Under the pieces are notes generated by a model that saw only the letters and a program-made list of their open reading frames with translations, had not been told where the DNA came from and did no database searches. DNA of 63,451 bases, the filler included, from Octopus bimaculoides (lineage: Eukaryota): NCBI RefSeq assembly GCF_001194135.2. It is 12 parts of 11 records of this genome, joined end to end, with 100 filler letters (N's around TTAATTAATTAA, not from the genome) between each part and the next. Parts side by side here need not be neighbours in the genome. Positions count along the whole stretch, not along the records: positions 25,600 to 31,475 come from NC_068992.1; positions 31,576 to 32,891 come from NW_026439829.1; positions 32,992 to 38,277 come from NC_068986.1; 9 more parts are not named here. One strand, given 5' to 3'. Below, one piece after another: positions 25,790 through 37,879 of the stretch. The translations under genes were made by a program, and so were the position numbers. Positions within the stretch are counted from its first letter, which is position 1. Every line of letters begins with the position of its first letter.

Positions 25790-27047
25790 AAGCTTTTTGC
25801 CGTTGTTACGTCAATACCGGAAGTTGACATTGAGGAACCTTTTTAAAGAAGTGTATCTTAAATATAAAGCAATATTATTTATTTTTAATTAAAAAAATCA
25901 AATGAAGAGCCTAACATCCGAGGTCAAATTATTCATGCATCACAAGTATGGAAGCATTTGGTGAAGTCTTTCACGTGAAAAGTGATTACACACACATCTA
26001 TGTTTTATATATAGTATAGATAACTAGTCATTTAAATAATTTGAACTTGAAACTACAAGGTTCTATTCAGCTAACAACCAGTTTGCTTTCTCATATCAAA
26101 AGCTCTGAATCAATGCTTCATTTATTTGTCACACAATTGAAAAGAAAGTACTTCACACCCTTTCCGAAATTGAGCAAACAAAATCCCGAGTCAACAAAGG
26201 AATATTCTGACGAGTGTGAAAGTCTCTTGAAGAAATTTAGAAGTAAATTTGAAGGAATACAAGATAAAATCAAACTATGTGTTTTTGAAACACTTTTTGG
26301 TATGTGTCCTGAGGAGGCTCCAAATTCCTTACAAATAAAATTTATTGATTTGCAGTAGGATAACTTAAAATCGAAATATAATAATCTGTCTTTATTGGAC
26401 TTCTAAAAGTCCATCAATCCCAAGAAATTCCCTGTTTTTCATAAAAATACCATATCAATGTGAGTAGTTTTTTTCCAAATTGAATTATGCAAAAATCATC
26501 TTCATACCAGACGTACAGATGAAAACTTGAGTAATGAACTAAGAATAACAGTTTCTTCAAAGGCATGTGATATTCCTAAACTTTCAAAGAAAGCATAAAA
26601 AAAAATTTTAAAAAATGAAAAAGGTTTCATCCTTCGCATTAAACAAAACCAAATTTTGAAGTTAAGGTTAATTAGCTTTGATAAAATTATCACTAGGATA
26701 AATTCATTTAAATATGTCATTTACTTACAATGTTATTTAAATATTAATGTAATTTTTCAAAATTAAATTTGGTCTGTGCTTGATTGTTAAGATTTCTCCA
26801 ACATTAGGATAGATACATTTTGAAAAAGTAATATGTAATATAAACATCCTGAATACAGTGGCAGCATTAATGAAGATGTTACATGTTAATTTAATGTGTT
26901 AAACTTATCTTTATTATTGTATATCGAAATATACATTGCTATATACAAGATGTACACAGGTACAAAAGTCAGAACTTGTAATCCGCCCTCAGACCTTTTC
27001 CTTTGGAAATTTTTGGCTGCTGCACTAAAAAGTTTCTCCCACCCCTG
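25790..27047 (+). mobile_element. hAT (Buster/Charlie, GTF2IRD2-like) transposon 3' portion with right TIR
   Basis: SHLNNLNLKLQG...FPKL...PEEAPNSLQIKFIDLQ...TDENLSNELRI, with stops. The terminus AAAAAGTTTCTCCCACCCCTG ends at 27047 (reverse complement CAGGGGTGGGAGAAAC). 25250-25500 may be further degraded transposase. Confidence 0.8.
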
Positions 27048-28925
27048 ATCTGCTGCATGGATAGGAAAACATTTTGTTATCACACTCTGAATTTTCCCAA
27101 ACACCTACTGATGCCAGCCCATCCTGCAGTCTTGTTTTTAATGAAAGTAAAACGTCTATCTATTTCAGAAATTTTCTATTTAGCCTTCTCATCTGTTTTA
27201 TCCATTCCACTGAAATGGTTTTCCATTTGCTGCTAACATCTCATAAAATTACACCATTAAGTGATCATATAAGACATTTTTAATTTGGTCATCATTTGGT
27301 GATGAGGCATGTCTGATGACCACAAATATGTCAGTTCCATACTCAAATGAGACTTTAATGAAGATTAAAGTAATTACACAGAAAGGTGCTCAGAGGTAGA
27401 ATGAAAAGCAAGCAAAGGAACTGTTGAAGGTAAAGAGAGATGTGATTTGTTATAAATATCAATGTTTATTTTTTGTTCTGATGGGAATTACACAGAAAAA
27501 TATTGAGAGCAATGGCTCAATAAAGTATTCAGCAAAATTTAGATGTCACAAAGAATGGTTATGTGTGTCTTGTATGTCAATCAAGCAACTAAGATACTAG
27601 CAGGATAAGAATATTTTATTGTTAGAAATAACTGCACAATGTTTGTTGTTGCCACTAATGAAAATTTGGTCAGTAAATGTAGATGAGATACAGAAATAGC
27701 TGTGAAAGATGAGATCTCATTTTGTACATCACTAACCAAAGTAACAGTTGGGTAGCAAACAAGATGACCCTGGTGAAAATCAAAACTTCTAGGATTTTAA
27801 AGTCATGCAAAGTACTGTCAATTTTTTTTTTCTAATCTAAGAAAGTTCTTTTTGATTGATGTCACTCATCCACCAGTGGAAATGTTTGGCTGCAATATGT
27901 CTGCATGCATATTTAATCAATTGCATAGTATTTGTGGCTAGCTGTGTCAAATATAATATTGAAGAAGCATTAATACGATTTGAAACAAGAATACTGTGGG
28001 ATCAAATCCAGGAAACAGTCTTTTACAAGAATCCATTTACAGTGTGTTAGTTGTAGGGAGAAACAAATGAAAGCAAGAAACCAGAAATGGCTATATATAA
28101 TGTTAGTAACAACATAGCATTTGTGGTGAGTATGCTATGGCACCGTCGAAGAAAATGCAGAGGCCAAATGAATCTGATGATGTAGCTGCATATGGTTGCT
28201 GTGGTTAAAGCAAGTATGTAGAGATAAAGAGTGCAAGAAGCAAGGCAAATGCACTGAGCCAAGTAATTCTGTTATGCACAACTACAGTATGGTTGTACTG
28301 AGAAATGATTATTTATAGCTAAAAGAGAACTGTGCAGAAAGTGCAAAAGAATATGGCAGGTGGTATTAACAATTCTGGTCAAAGCAAACTGAGTTGTGAT
28401 TTAGTGAACTCCTTAGCTAATATGAGACATGACCAGTCTCCAGTAAATGGAGAAGTACAAAATGTTGCCAGTGCAGCATCCAATAGAATGGTGTTAGAAG
28501 TGAGAGCTGGAAATAACCACTGGAGACATAGGTATCAATTAGAATGTATACATGTACGGGGAAGTGTTGTCTAAACTAACAGATAGAAAGTGAAAGTGAG
28601 AATACTATAATGAATGTAGGTCCCAAGAAAAAGCTGTTCATGTGAAAACAGGCATATAGAACCACAAATAGCAGAATAATAGTGCAAGGAGCATGTGTGT
28701 ATAAGCATGGTAAAAGAGTGATTGTGACAACAGCAAAAACAAAACCGCAGATGTGAGTCAGCTATACTGAAGCTTGTATTGTCAGTTTTGAGCATTGTGC
28801 TGTGTGTCCAACATGAGCCACTATACAGAGCAAAATTTTCATTTAAAGAATGGAAAAAGTATGCATGTGATGTTTGTAGTGAGTACATAACTGTAGAACA
28901 ATAGCATATGAAAATATCCTTTTCT

Positions 28926-29060
28926 TCTCTTGGCACAAGGCTCAAAATTTTTGATGAAGGGACCAGTCAATTGGATTGACCTCAGTACACAACTGGTACT
29001 TAATCTATTAACCCCAAAAGGATGAAGGGCAAAGTCGACCTCAGCTTTCAACTCAGAACG
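28926..29060 (-). mobile_element. SINE family B fragment
   Basis: GGCACAAGGC...TGGTACTTAAT...GATGAAGGGCAAAGTCGACCTC...GAACTCAGAACG-like sequence. Confidence 0.75.
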
Positions 29061-29247
29061 TAAGCTGCACTTCACCATGGTAGGTATGAAATAAATATGA
29101 CATCGCATTTTTCCCACACTTGACATCTCTCCAAAGCACATGGTATTACTTAACCACTCTGTTGTTTAATATCAAATGTAAAACCAATTGATAAGGTTAG
29201 CTGAAATGGATCTACAATACTGTATATTTTGATTATATATATGTATA

Positions 29248-30490
29248 GGCACAAGAGTGGCTGTGTGGTAAGAAGCTTGCTTCCCAACCATGTGGTTCTG
29301 GGCTCAGTCCCACTGCATGGCACCTTGGGCAAGTGTCTTCTACTATAGCTTTGGGCTAACTAAAGCCTTGTGAGTGGATTTGGGAGACGGAAACTGAAAG
29401 AAGACTGTCGTTACCCCTGCTGGCGACAAAGGGACTCTCACTCAGAGTAAAAGGCAGACTGTATGACGCATGCGTACGAACAGCCATGCTACATGGCAGT
29501 GAAACATGGGCTGTAACTGCTGAGGACATACGTAAGCTCGCAAGGAATGAAGCCAGTATGCTCCGTTGGATGTGTAATGTCAATGTGAATACCCGTCAGA
29601 GTGTAAGTATCTTGAGAGAAAAGCTGAACATTAGAAGCATCAGTTGTGGTGTGCAAGAGAGACGATTGCGCTGGTATGGACATGTGGTGAGAATGGATGA
29701 GGATAGCTGCGTGAAAAAGTGCCACACCCTAACAGTTGAGGGANNNNNNNNNNNNNNNNNNNNNNNNNNNNNNNNNNNNNNNNNNNNNNNNNNNNNNNNN
29801 NNNNNNNNNNNNNNNNNNNNNNNNNNNNNNNNNNNNNNNNNNNNNNNNNNNNNNNNNNNNNNNNNNNNNNNNNNNNNNNNNNNNNNNNNNNNNNNNNNNN
29901 NNNNNNNNNNNNNNNNNNNNNNNNNNNNNNNNNNNNNNNNNNNNNNNNNNNNNNNNNNNNNNNNNNNNNNNNNNNNNNNNNNNNNNNNNNNNNNNNNNNN
30001 NNNNNNNNNNNNNNNNNNNNNNNNNNNNNNNNNNNNNNNNNNNNNNNNNNNNNNNNNNNNNNNNNNNNNNNNNNNNNNNNNNNNNNNNNNNNNNNNNNNN
30101 NNNNNNNNNNNNNNNNNNNNNNNNNNNNNNNNNNNNNNNNNNNNNNNNNNNNNNNNNNNNNNNNNNNNNNNNNNNNNNNNGCCATCCTGTTTCACCAGTC
30201 CTCAGTCAAATCGTCCAACCCATGCTAGCATGGAAAGCGGACGTTAAACGATGATGATGATGATGATGATGATATATATATATATATATATATACATATC
30301 TATATGTGTGTCTGTGTTTGTCCCCCCATCACCACTTGAAATCGGTGTTCGTGTATTTACATCCCCATAACTTAGCGGTTCAGCAAAAATGAACAGTAGA
30401 ATAAGAAATAAGTACTGGGGTCGATTCATTTAACTAAAAATTTAAGGCAGTACCCCAGCATGGTTGCAGTCTAATGATTCAAACAGATAA
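29248..30490 (+). mobile_element. SINE family A split by an RTE LINE insertion (head 29248-29410, tail ~30274-30490)
   Basis: The head ends at GAAACTGAAAGAAGACTGTCG. The SINE resumes after the LINE tail with (TA)n-GTGTCTGTGTTTGTCCCCCC...TAACTTAGCGGTTC...GGGGTCGATTC. Confidence 0.85.
29411..30273 (+). mobile_element. 5'-truncated RTE (BovB-like) LINE with (GAT)n tail
   Basis: LPLLATKGLSLRVKGRLYDACVRTAMLHGSETW...RRLRWYGHVVRMD. The 3' end CCCATGCTAGCATGGAAAGCGGACGTTAAAC(GAT)n follows an N gap. Confidence 0.93.
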
Positions 30491-30923
30491 AAAATATATA
30501 TGTCTATCTGTCTGTGTGTGATTGTTCTTGAAGAATAATAGTAGAATAGCAGTTGAGCTGAAACTGATTTTTAAGTTATGTCTGTGTGTGCGGGTACGTG
30601 CGTATATAGATATATGTGCGTGCATGCGAAAATATGTATAGTCTTTGGCAAGTGTGTGGGTGAGCACATGTGTGTTTACATACATGTATAGTTTTTGGCG
30701 AATATGTGGGTGAGCATGTGTGTGTTTAAAGCGAGGGTGTTTTTAGTATATAAATATAGGCGAATGTACGGATTGGTGCTCTTACGCGAACCTATAGACT
30801 TCTCTACTCCCTTACTCCCTCCCCTTACTTAGCGGTCTGTAGCTCTTTTGCCCAATTGATGGTCACCACGCAGTAATTTCCCTTTGTTTAACGGTCATTT
30901 TTCACAGGAATTTTCAATGGCCG

Positions 30924-30984
30924 GATAACTGAAGAGATGTTGGCGTGGGTTCCTACCCCGGCATCCGAAACTCGGAGTTGTATC
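30924..30984 (+). ncRNA. Type I hammerhead ribozyme motif with intact CUGAAGA and GAAA cores
   Basis: GATAA-CTGAAGA-GATGTTGG...CCGGCATC-c-GAAA-CTCgGAG-TT-GTATC. It has one stem I mismatch and one extra C before GAAA. Confidence 0.7.
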
Positions 30985-32142
30985 ATGGCTACCAAATAAG
31001 TATCACATATTTTTACAGATATATATATACATACATATGTATGTATATATATTTTTATATGTGTATATATATATATATGTATATATATATGTAAACTAGA
31101 CTGGCTTATTCTTTCTATTTCTAAGCCATATGAAAAGGGTGGAAAATTCTGTGATTTATGTGTAACAGAATTTCTTTTTATTTTATTTTCAAGGAATTGT
31201 CTAGTTAATAATGCCATTGAACATTCTTACAAATGCAAACATTGGCAAAAACATACATATTCTGCATTTAAATAAAAATAAAAATAAAGATTTTTATTAA
31301 ACGCTATCATATGTACCCGTAATAAGTAAATACTTAAAATAATTCTAATAAATCACATTAGTTTTTCCCTCAAATGTTAGAAGATTAAAACTACTTACGA
31401 TTCCAATTATTTATCTATATTTTCGTAATTTATTAAACTTAATTAGAGTATATTTTAAATCTTGATAAACCATTGNNNNNNNNNNNNNNNNNNNNNNNNN
31501 NNNNNNNNNNNNNNNNNNNTTAATTAATTAANNNNNNNNNNNNNNNNNNNNNNNNNNNNNNNNNNNNNNNNNNNNACATATATATGCATATACTCATATA
31601 TTGTTTTTATATATATATACATATATATACACATATATATACATATATTTACGTATATATATATATTTATACATCCAGCCATACATACATACATACATAC
31701 ATACATACATACATACATACATACATACATACATACATAGCTAAATTCACCCAGTTTTAACATTTATATTGAGATAATTGATGTCATTATGTAAAGTATG
31801 ATGTGTACATTAACGGGGGGTTATATGTTATTAGTAGTTCTGTGTCTGCTTTTAATATTGCTCTCTGTTATTTATCTACTTAAGCTAGTATCGGGATGTT
31901 TACTGAATGCGTGCGCGTCTCTCATTGCTATAAGGTCTTGTTCGAACGTGTGAGCGAAGTAAAAGAATATAAAAATGAAAAACACGCGTATGGATACATC
32001 CACCTGTATTGTATGTATGCATATATGTATGTATGTTTGTGTATATATATATATATATATATAAATATATATATATACATATGTAATATATATGTATATA
32101 TATATATATATATACATATATATACATATATATATATACATG

Positions 32143-32185
<43 letters not shown>

Positions 32186-33013
32186 TTATAGAAACTCGCA
32201 TAAACACCTACACATTATAGCGCCGTAAATCTAATTATATATTTGAAAACCAAAATATAAAATATTGTCTATGCGTAACAATACATCAAATATATATATC
32301 AGTAGAAACCGTTACTAGCATCCAATATAGTATACAAATTTAATTGCCTTCAGGGAAGTTGCAAACCGTATGATAATGTATCTTATTTACTTAAGTTATC
32401 ACAAAATAACATTAAGTGCATTTTAATTAATCCAATTGTATAAAAACAACAACAACAATAACGGTAGCTGCAGCAGCAGCAGGAGCAGCAGCACCATCGT
32501 CATCAACAACAACAACAACAACTACAACAACAACATCAACAGCCATAACAACAAANNNNNNNNNNNNNNNNNNNNNNNNNNNNNNNNNNNNNNNNNNNNN
32601 NNNNNNNNNNNNNNNNNNNNNNNNNNNNNNNNNNNNNNNNNNNNNNNNNNNNNNNNNNNNNNNNNNNNNNNNNNNNNNNNNNNNNNNNNNNNNNNNNNNN
32701 NNNNNNNNNNNNNNNNNNNNNNNNNNTAAATACATACATACATACATACATACATACACACATACATACACACATAGTTGCATACACATACATATGTTTT
32801 TGTATGAATATAAATATATATATAAATATATAAAAGGATAGAGAGAGCAATGGTAAAGCTGGAAATATATTTTATGGATAGAGTCTTACAGNNNNNNNNN
32901 NNNNNNNNNNNNNNNNNNNNNNNNNNNNNNNNNNNTTAATTAATTAANNNNNNNNNNNNNNNNNNNNNNNNNNNNNNNNNNNNNNNNNNNNATTATATAT
33001 ATATATATATATA

Positions 33014-33247
33014 TAAGGATTTATTTTTCGTAATGAGATATAAAAAAAACCAAGGCTGTGTGCATTATAGAACATTTATAAATAGAAGATGACCTATTTA
33101 TAAATGTTCTATAATGCACACACCCTTGTTTTTTTTTATCTCATTACGAAGAGTAAATCCTTATATTCACACGCTGATATATGACCTACATTGGACCCCT
33201 TATTCGCATAATCACCGAACCTGGAGCTTAACTATGGTCTATCCATA
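33014..33247. mobile_element. Penelope-like pLTR fold-back (arms 33014-33085 / 33094-33163, 8-nt loop)
   Basis: Near-perfect inverted repeat. The left arm matches 13295-13365, and 33159-33247 is the reverse complement of 13212-13300. Confidence 0.9.
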
Positions 33248-33306
33248 GCGCTTACTCAGCATTACCTGAAACCACTGGGTCTAATTGACAGCACTACCGC
33301 TCATAA

Positions 33307-33343
<37 letters not shown>

Positions 33344-33798
33344 AAAAAATTATGAGTAGGTGCAGGTACTATTCACTATTTCTTGGTTTCCCGATCCTAG
33401 AAAAGAAAGGGTCCGATATGTTTGAAACGTCGCACTCCATATCAATATGCTGACCACAGCTGCACTAGGAATTGGAAGCTGATATAAGAATGACACCCTG
33501 CACTTCTACACTGGTATACTTAACCAGTCAATATCCATGCATCATAGCAATAAACAGAGCCCTTGACTTTATTTAATTAGAGGCCACCTCAACCTAAGCA
33601 CATTTATGAACACACAAATGTTAACATTACATATAGCAAGAAAATATATCGGGCAGTAGCGTGTGTATTCATTCTTGATACATTCTAGCAAATACGAACA
33701 TGAATAGCTGTTAATTGTTGTTTTTCAGCATCGGAGGACACTTCCTCCCTTCTGACGATGAGCGTACATAGCATGTCTGATTCACATGCGTAAGGCGA

Positions 33799-33849
33799 CT
33801 TTGAGACACTGCAGTGTTTCGACCGTATTGTGTATCTCATTAATCAAAG
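33799..33849 (-). ncRNA. Degenerate type I HHR (core TTAATGA)
   Basis: Reverse complement CTTTGA-ttaATGA-GAT...GTC-GAAA-CACTGCAGTG-TC-TCAAAG. Confidence 0.65.
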
Positions 33850-34108
33850 CTGCGCCGCTAGAATGATGAATTTCAGACGAGCAGGAGCATTTGTTTATAG
33901 TAAACAGCAAGCATACCACTTGCTAGTGTCTACCAAGCAGATAACTTAGAATGAACAAATACGTTATTGTTTGGATTGTCGCTGTTCTGCGAGCACCCAA
34001 TGAATTATCGTCTGTTTAGCAGACATCAGAATGCATCAGCCAATAATTTATTGATTCTCATAAACAAGAGCTCGTACTCCTGTTAGATTCATCAGTCCCG
34101 TGGTTTAG

Positions 34109-34158
34109 CTTCGACTAAGGAGACAAACAATTAGGTCGAAACACTGCGTGTCTCAAAG
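34109..34158 (+). ncRNA. Degenerate type I HHR (core CTAAGGA)
   Basis: CTTCGA-CTaAgGA-GAC...GTC-GAAA-CACTGCGTG-TC-TCAAAG. Confidence 0.65.
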
Positions 34159-34384
34159 ACCTCTTATACTGATGAATCACGAGTATGAGATACACACATC
34201 ATCTAAAGGGTGGAGGTGTTCTCCGATGATGAAAAACGACAGTGGTCAATATATTCACGTTTGAATCTGCCAAGATATACATATTAAGAATGATAGATAC
34301 ATTATTATTTATGAGTAGGTGCAGGTACTATTCACTATTTCTTGATTGTTTTTCCTAATAATATACTTATATGTAACATAAGTA

Positions 34385-34566
34385 TATTGGCTTCAAATTT
34401 TAGCACAGGGCCAGTGATTTCGCAACGAGTACTTATTTTATCGACCCTGAAAGAATGTAAAACATTGTCGACCTCGGCGGAATTTGAACACAGAACGTAG
34501 AGACGGGCGAAATACTGCTGAGTATTTTTCCCGACCTGCTAACTATTCTGCCAGCTCGCTACCTTA
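34385..34566 (-). mobile_element. SINE family B
   Basis: Ends in TTCTGCCAGCTCGCTACCTT, the reverse complement of the family B head. Confidence 0.85.
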
Positions 34567-34895
34567 AAAATGTAGATTATAGGGAAAACCATATCGATGT
34601 ATTATGATACGACGACAAGTTTAGCCAAAGACTTGTTACTTTTACGAAGAGAAATCTCCAAAAGAACTAGTCACATCCAACGACAGTAAAATCCAGTCAT
34701 TGCACTTAGCAAAAGAACACATAACACTAATTGACCATTGAATAATTAAACCTTAAAATCTTCAGAGATTATGCAGCTCTAATTATCTCTTATAACCTTT
34801 CTTGTTGAACAGATCTCTATAATAGAATCAAAACTACATACCTTTTAAGCTGATGTAGGCAGTATATTTCTGAAGTTTTTTCTTTCTTTCTGCAG

Positions 34896-34921
34896 AGCGC
34901 AATTGCACCTATATTAGAAAG
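34896..34921 (+). CDS. Candidate 26-bp micro-exon (SAIAPILEx)
   Basis: TTTTTCTTTCTTTCTGCAG acceptor and AAG|GTATTT donor. Coding status is unproven. Confidence 0.35.
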
Positions 34922-34974
34922 GTATTTGGATGCTTTAGAGCCAATATATCACATCATTTCAATATTGTAACACA

Positions 34975-35190
34975 AAGGCAGCGAGCTGGCAGAATCGTTA
35001 GCTCGCCGAGCAAAATGCTTAGAGGAATTTTGTCCGTCTTTATAATGTAAGTTCAAATTCCGCCGAGGTCGACCTTGCCTTTCATCCTTTCAGGGTCGAT
35101 AAAATAAGTACGATTTGAGCACTGGAGTCGATATAATCGGTTTACACCCTACCCCCACGAACTTGCTGGCCTTTTGCCAATATTTAGAAT
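34975..35190 (+). mobile_element. SINE family B
   Basis: AAGGCAGCGAGCTGGCAGAATCGTTAGC...GTCGACCTTGCCTTTCATCCTTTCAGGGTCGATAAAATAAGTAC. Confidence 0.9.
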
Positions 35191-35499
35191 CAATTTTGTA
35201 ACTCCAAAAATATAATCCAACTGACAGCCAAACAGGAACTCACAACCAAACAACACTTCAACCACTCGTCCATTGATAAGCTTTATCTTCTATCAACGTT
35301 TTGCTACTATTAAAATAATTAATGTTAATCTGAAAGGAAACGTTTACCGGGTCATGCGCATTTCACCATATGGAAAGATCAAACATGGGACCACGGGATT
35401 AAAAAGTGAATTTCTTATCCACGAAGTTATATCTACATCCCTCCTTCTGCGTTTACATTCTACTTATCTTACGCAGAAAGGCCCCTAACACTGGATAGA

Positions 35500-35870
35500 G
35501 AAATAAGAGTACAGTCCTGCTCAGAATAGTGATGTGTTTGCAGGTGATGCTCGTTTACAACTTTGGAGGTTGGTGCGTGATGGAAAAAAGGTTGCCAGGT
35601 GAAAGAATCAGGAAATTTACTTTATCTGGGCATCTAGATGTGAGAGTGAGTGGACATAAACGAGAACTGGTGAAGGTGTTTTAGATGGGTTTACAAGAAA
35701 GAAGTATAGAGGGAGAGGCATGTCGGGAATGATGAAGAATAGTAGCATGACGTGTCATATTGTTTCATAACACAGTGAAAGCAGATGAATTCGAATAACT
35801 GGAAGTAAACGTAATGAAATAAGGTGTTATTTGTACACGAACAAAAACAGGGAGGTAATTACGTGTAAGT
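35500..35870 (-). mobile_element. Possible decayed CR1-like LINE 3' end
   Basis: Composition and weak similarity to the CR1-group C-terminus (VxFPxSxxLxxF-like). No intact frame. Confidence 0.3.
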
Positions 35871-36153
35871 TAGGAATACGCATCTATGTAATGGTTTAGA
35901 GAAATGATATGTATATATCTATATCTATATATATATATATATCTATATATATNNNNNNNNNNNNNNNNNNNNNNNNNNNNNNNNNNNNNNNNNNNNNNNN
36001 NNNNNNNNNNNNNNNNNNNNNNNNNNNNNNNNNNNNNNNNNNNNNNNNNNNNNNNNNNNNNNNNNNNNNNNNNNNNNNNNNNNNNNNNNNNNNNNNNNNN
36101 NNNNNNNNNNNNNNNNNNNNNNNNNNNNNNNNNNNNNNNNNNNNNNNNNNNNN

Positions 36154-36184
<31 letters not shown>

Positions 36185-36924
36185 ACACATATTCATGTAC
36201 AAGCAGATATATATGTACGCGAAGGTGTGAATGTGTGTGTGTTTGCATACACACACACACACATACACACACATAGGATGAGAGAGAAAGAGAGAAATGC
36301 ATGTACGTATGCATATATATATATATATATATATATTAACATATTCATATACGTTTGTATACATACATATAATTTAGTTTATATAGATATATATATGTGT
36401 GTATGTATGCATGCGTGTGTGCTGTGTGTATGTATATATATATATATGTGCATGTGTGTATATGTATATATATGCGTGTGTTTGTGTGTGTGTGTGTGTG
36501 TGCGTGTGTGTGTGTATATCTCTATATATAAATATATATCCTTATATATATGTGTCTATCAATCTTTCCATCCATCAAACTATCAAGAAAGCTACATTTT
36601 AGTAGATATAGATTTTAGATATAGCGAATATTAATGTTTTTTACTTGGTTTATTGGAAAGGAAAACTGAAAATTAACTGACTGGAATATCAAATAAAGAC
36701 TGTTGCTAAGACCTACCCAACTTCCGTCAGCACAAGACAAATAACATTTCTTTCTTTAATGACCATTTCAGTAGTATTCAGACTAGAATGATAATTTCTT
36801 AAAAGTCTGTGACGAGATGTGTATGTGTGTGAATATGTGAATATATATGTATGTATTATGTGTGTATGTATGTAAGTGTGTCTTTGTGTATGTTATCTAG
36901 AGATATATATGTTTGATTAATTTA

Positions 36925-36956
<32 letters not shown>

Positions 36957-37826
36957 NNNNNNNNNNNNNNNNNNNNNNNNNNNNNNNNNNNNNNNNNNNN
37001 NNNNNNNNNNNNNNNNNNNNNNNNNNNNNNNNNNNNNNNNNNNNNNNNNNNNNNNNNNNNNNNNNNNNNNNNNNNNNNNNNNNNNNNNNNNNNNNNNNNN
37101 NNNNNNNNNNNNNNNNNNNNNNNNNNNNNNNNNNNNNNNNNNNNNNNNNNNNNNNNNNNNNNNNNNNNNNNNNNNNNNNNNNNNNNNNNNNNNNNNNNNN
37201 NNNNNNNNNNNNNNNNNNNNNNNNNNNNNNNNNNNNNNNNNNNNNNNNNNNNNNNNNNNNNNNNNNNNNNNNNNNNNNNNNNNNNNNNNNNNNNNNNNNN
37301 NNNNNNNNNNNNNNNNNNNNNNNNNNNNNNNNNNNNNNNNNNNNNNNNNNNNNNNNNNNNNNNNNNNNNNNNNNNNNNNNNNNNNNNNNNNNNNNNNNNN
37401 NNNNNNNNNNNNNNNNNNNNNNNNNNNNNNNNNNNNNNNNNNNNNNNNNNNNNNTATATATATATATATATACACACACACATATATATATATATATACA
37501 AATATATATAAATACATATACAAATATATATATATATATCTACACACTTATATATATACGCTCATATATATAGTTAGTTACAAATATGACTAGGTCTAAA
37601 CATAGTCACACACATGCACACATATACGCACAGCATAAACCGACGTAGAGGCATCTACACACGCGTTCACTTTTTCATATATTTATCTTGATAACAAGAG
37701 TCTTATTTCTGTGTTGCAAAGGAGAAAAAATATATATACAGACTTTATTTCAAAAGCACATAAATCATCTACACACACACCCCATGCATACTCACATATT
37801 CCTGTATATATTTGTGTGTATGTGTT

Positions 37827-37872
<46 letters not shown>

Positions 37873-37879
37873 CATAATA

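Larger units (their letters stand above)
33665..34295. mobile_element. ~630-bp diverged fold-back element with one degenerate HHR per arm
   Basis: Arms match in blocks (TTTTTCAGCATCGGAGGACAC / GTGTTCTCCGATGATGAAAAA; CTTTGAGACACTGCAGTGTTTCGACC / GGTCGAAACACTGCGTGTCTCAAAG). Confidence 0.85.

Noticed and set aside
33405-33450. GATATG...GAAACGTCGCACTC-CATATC as an HHR relic
   Set aside because: CUGANGA and stem II are absent.
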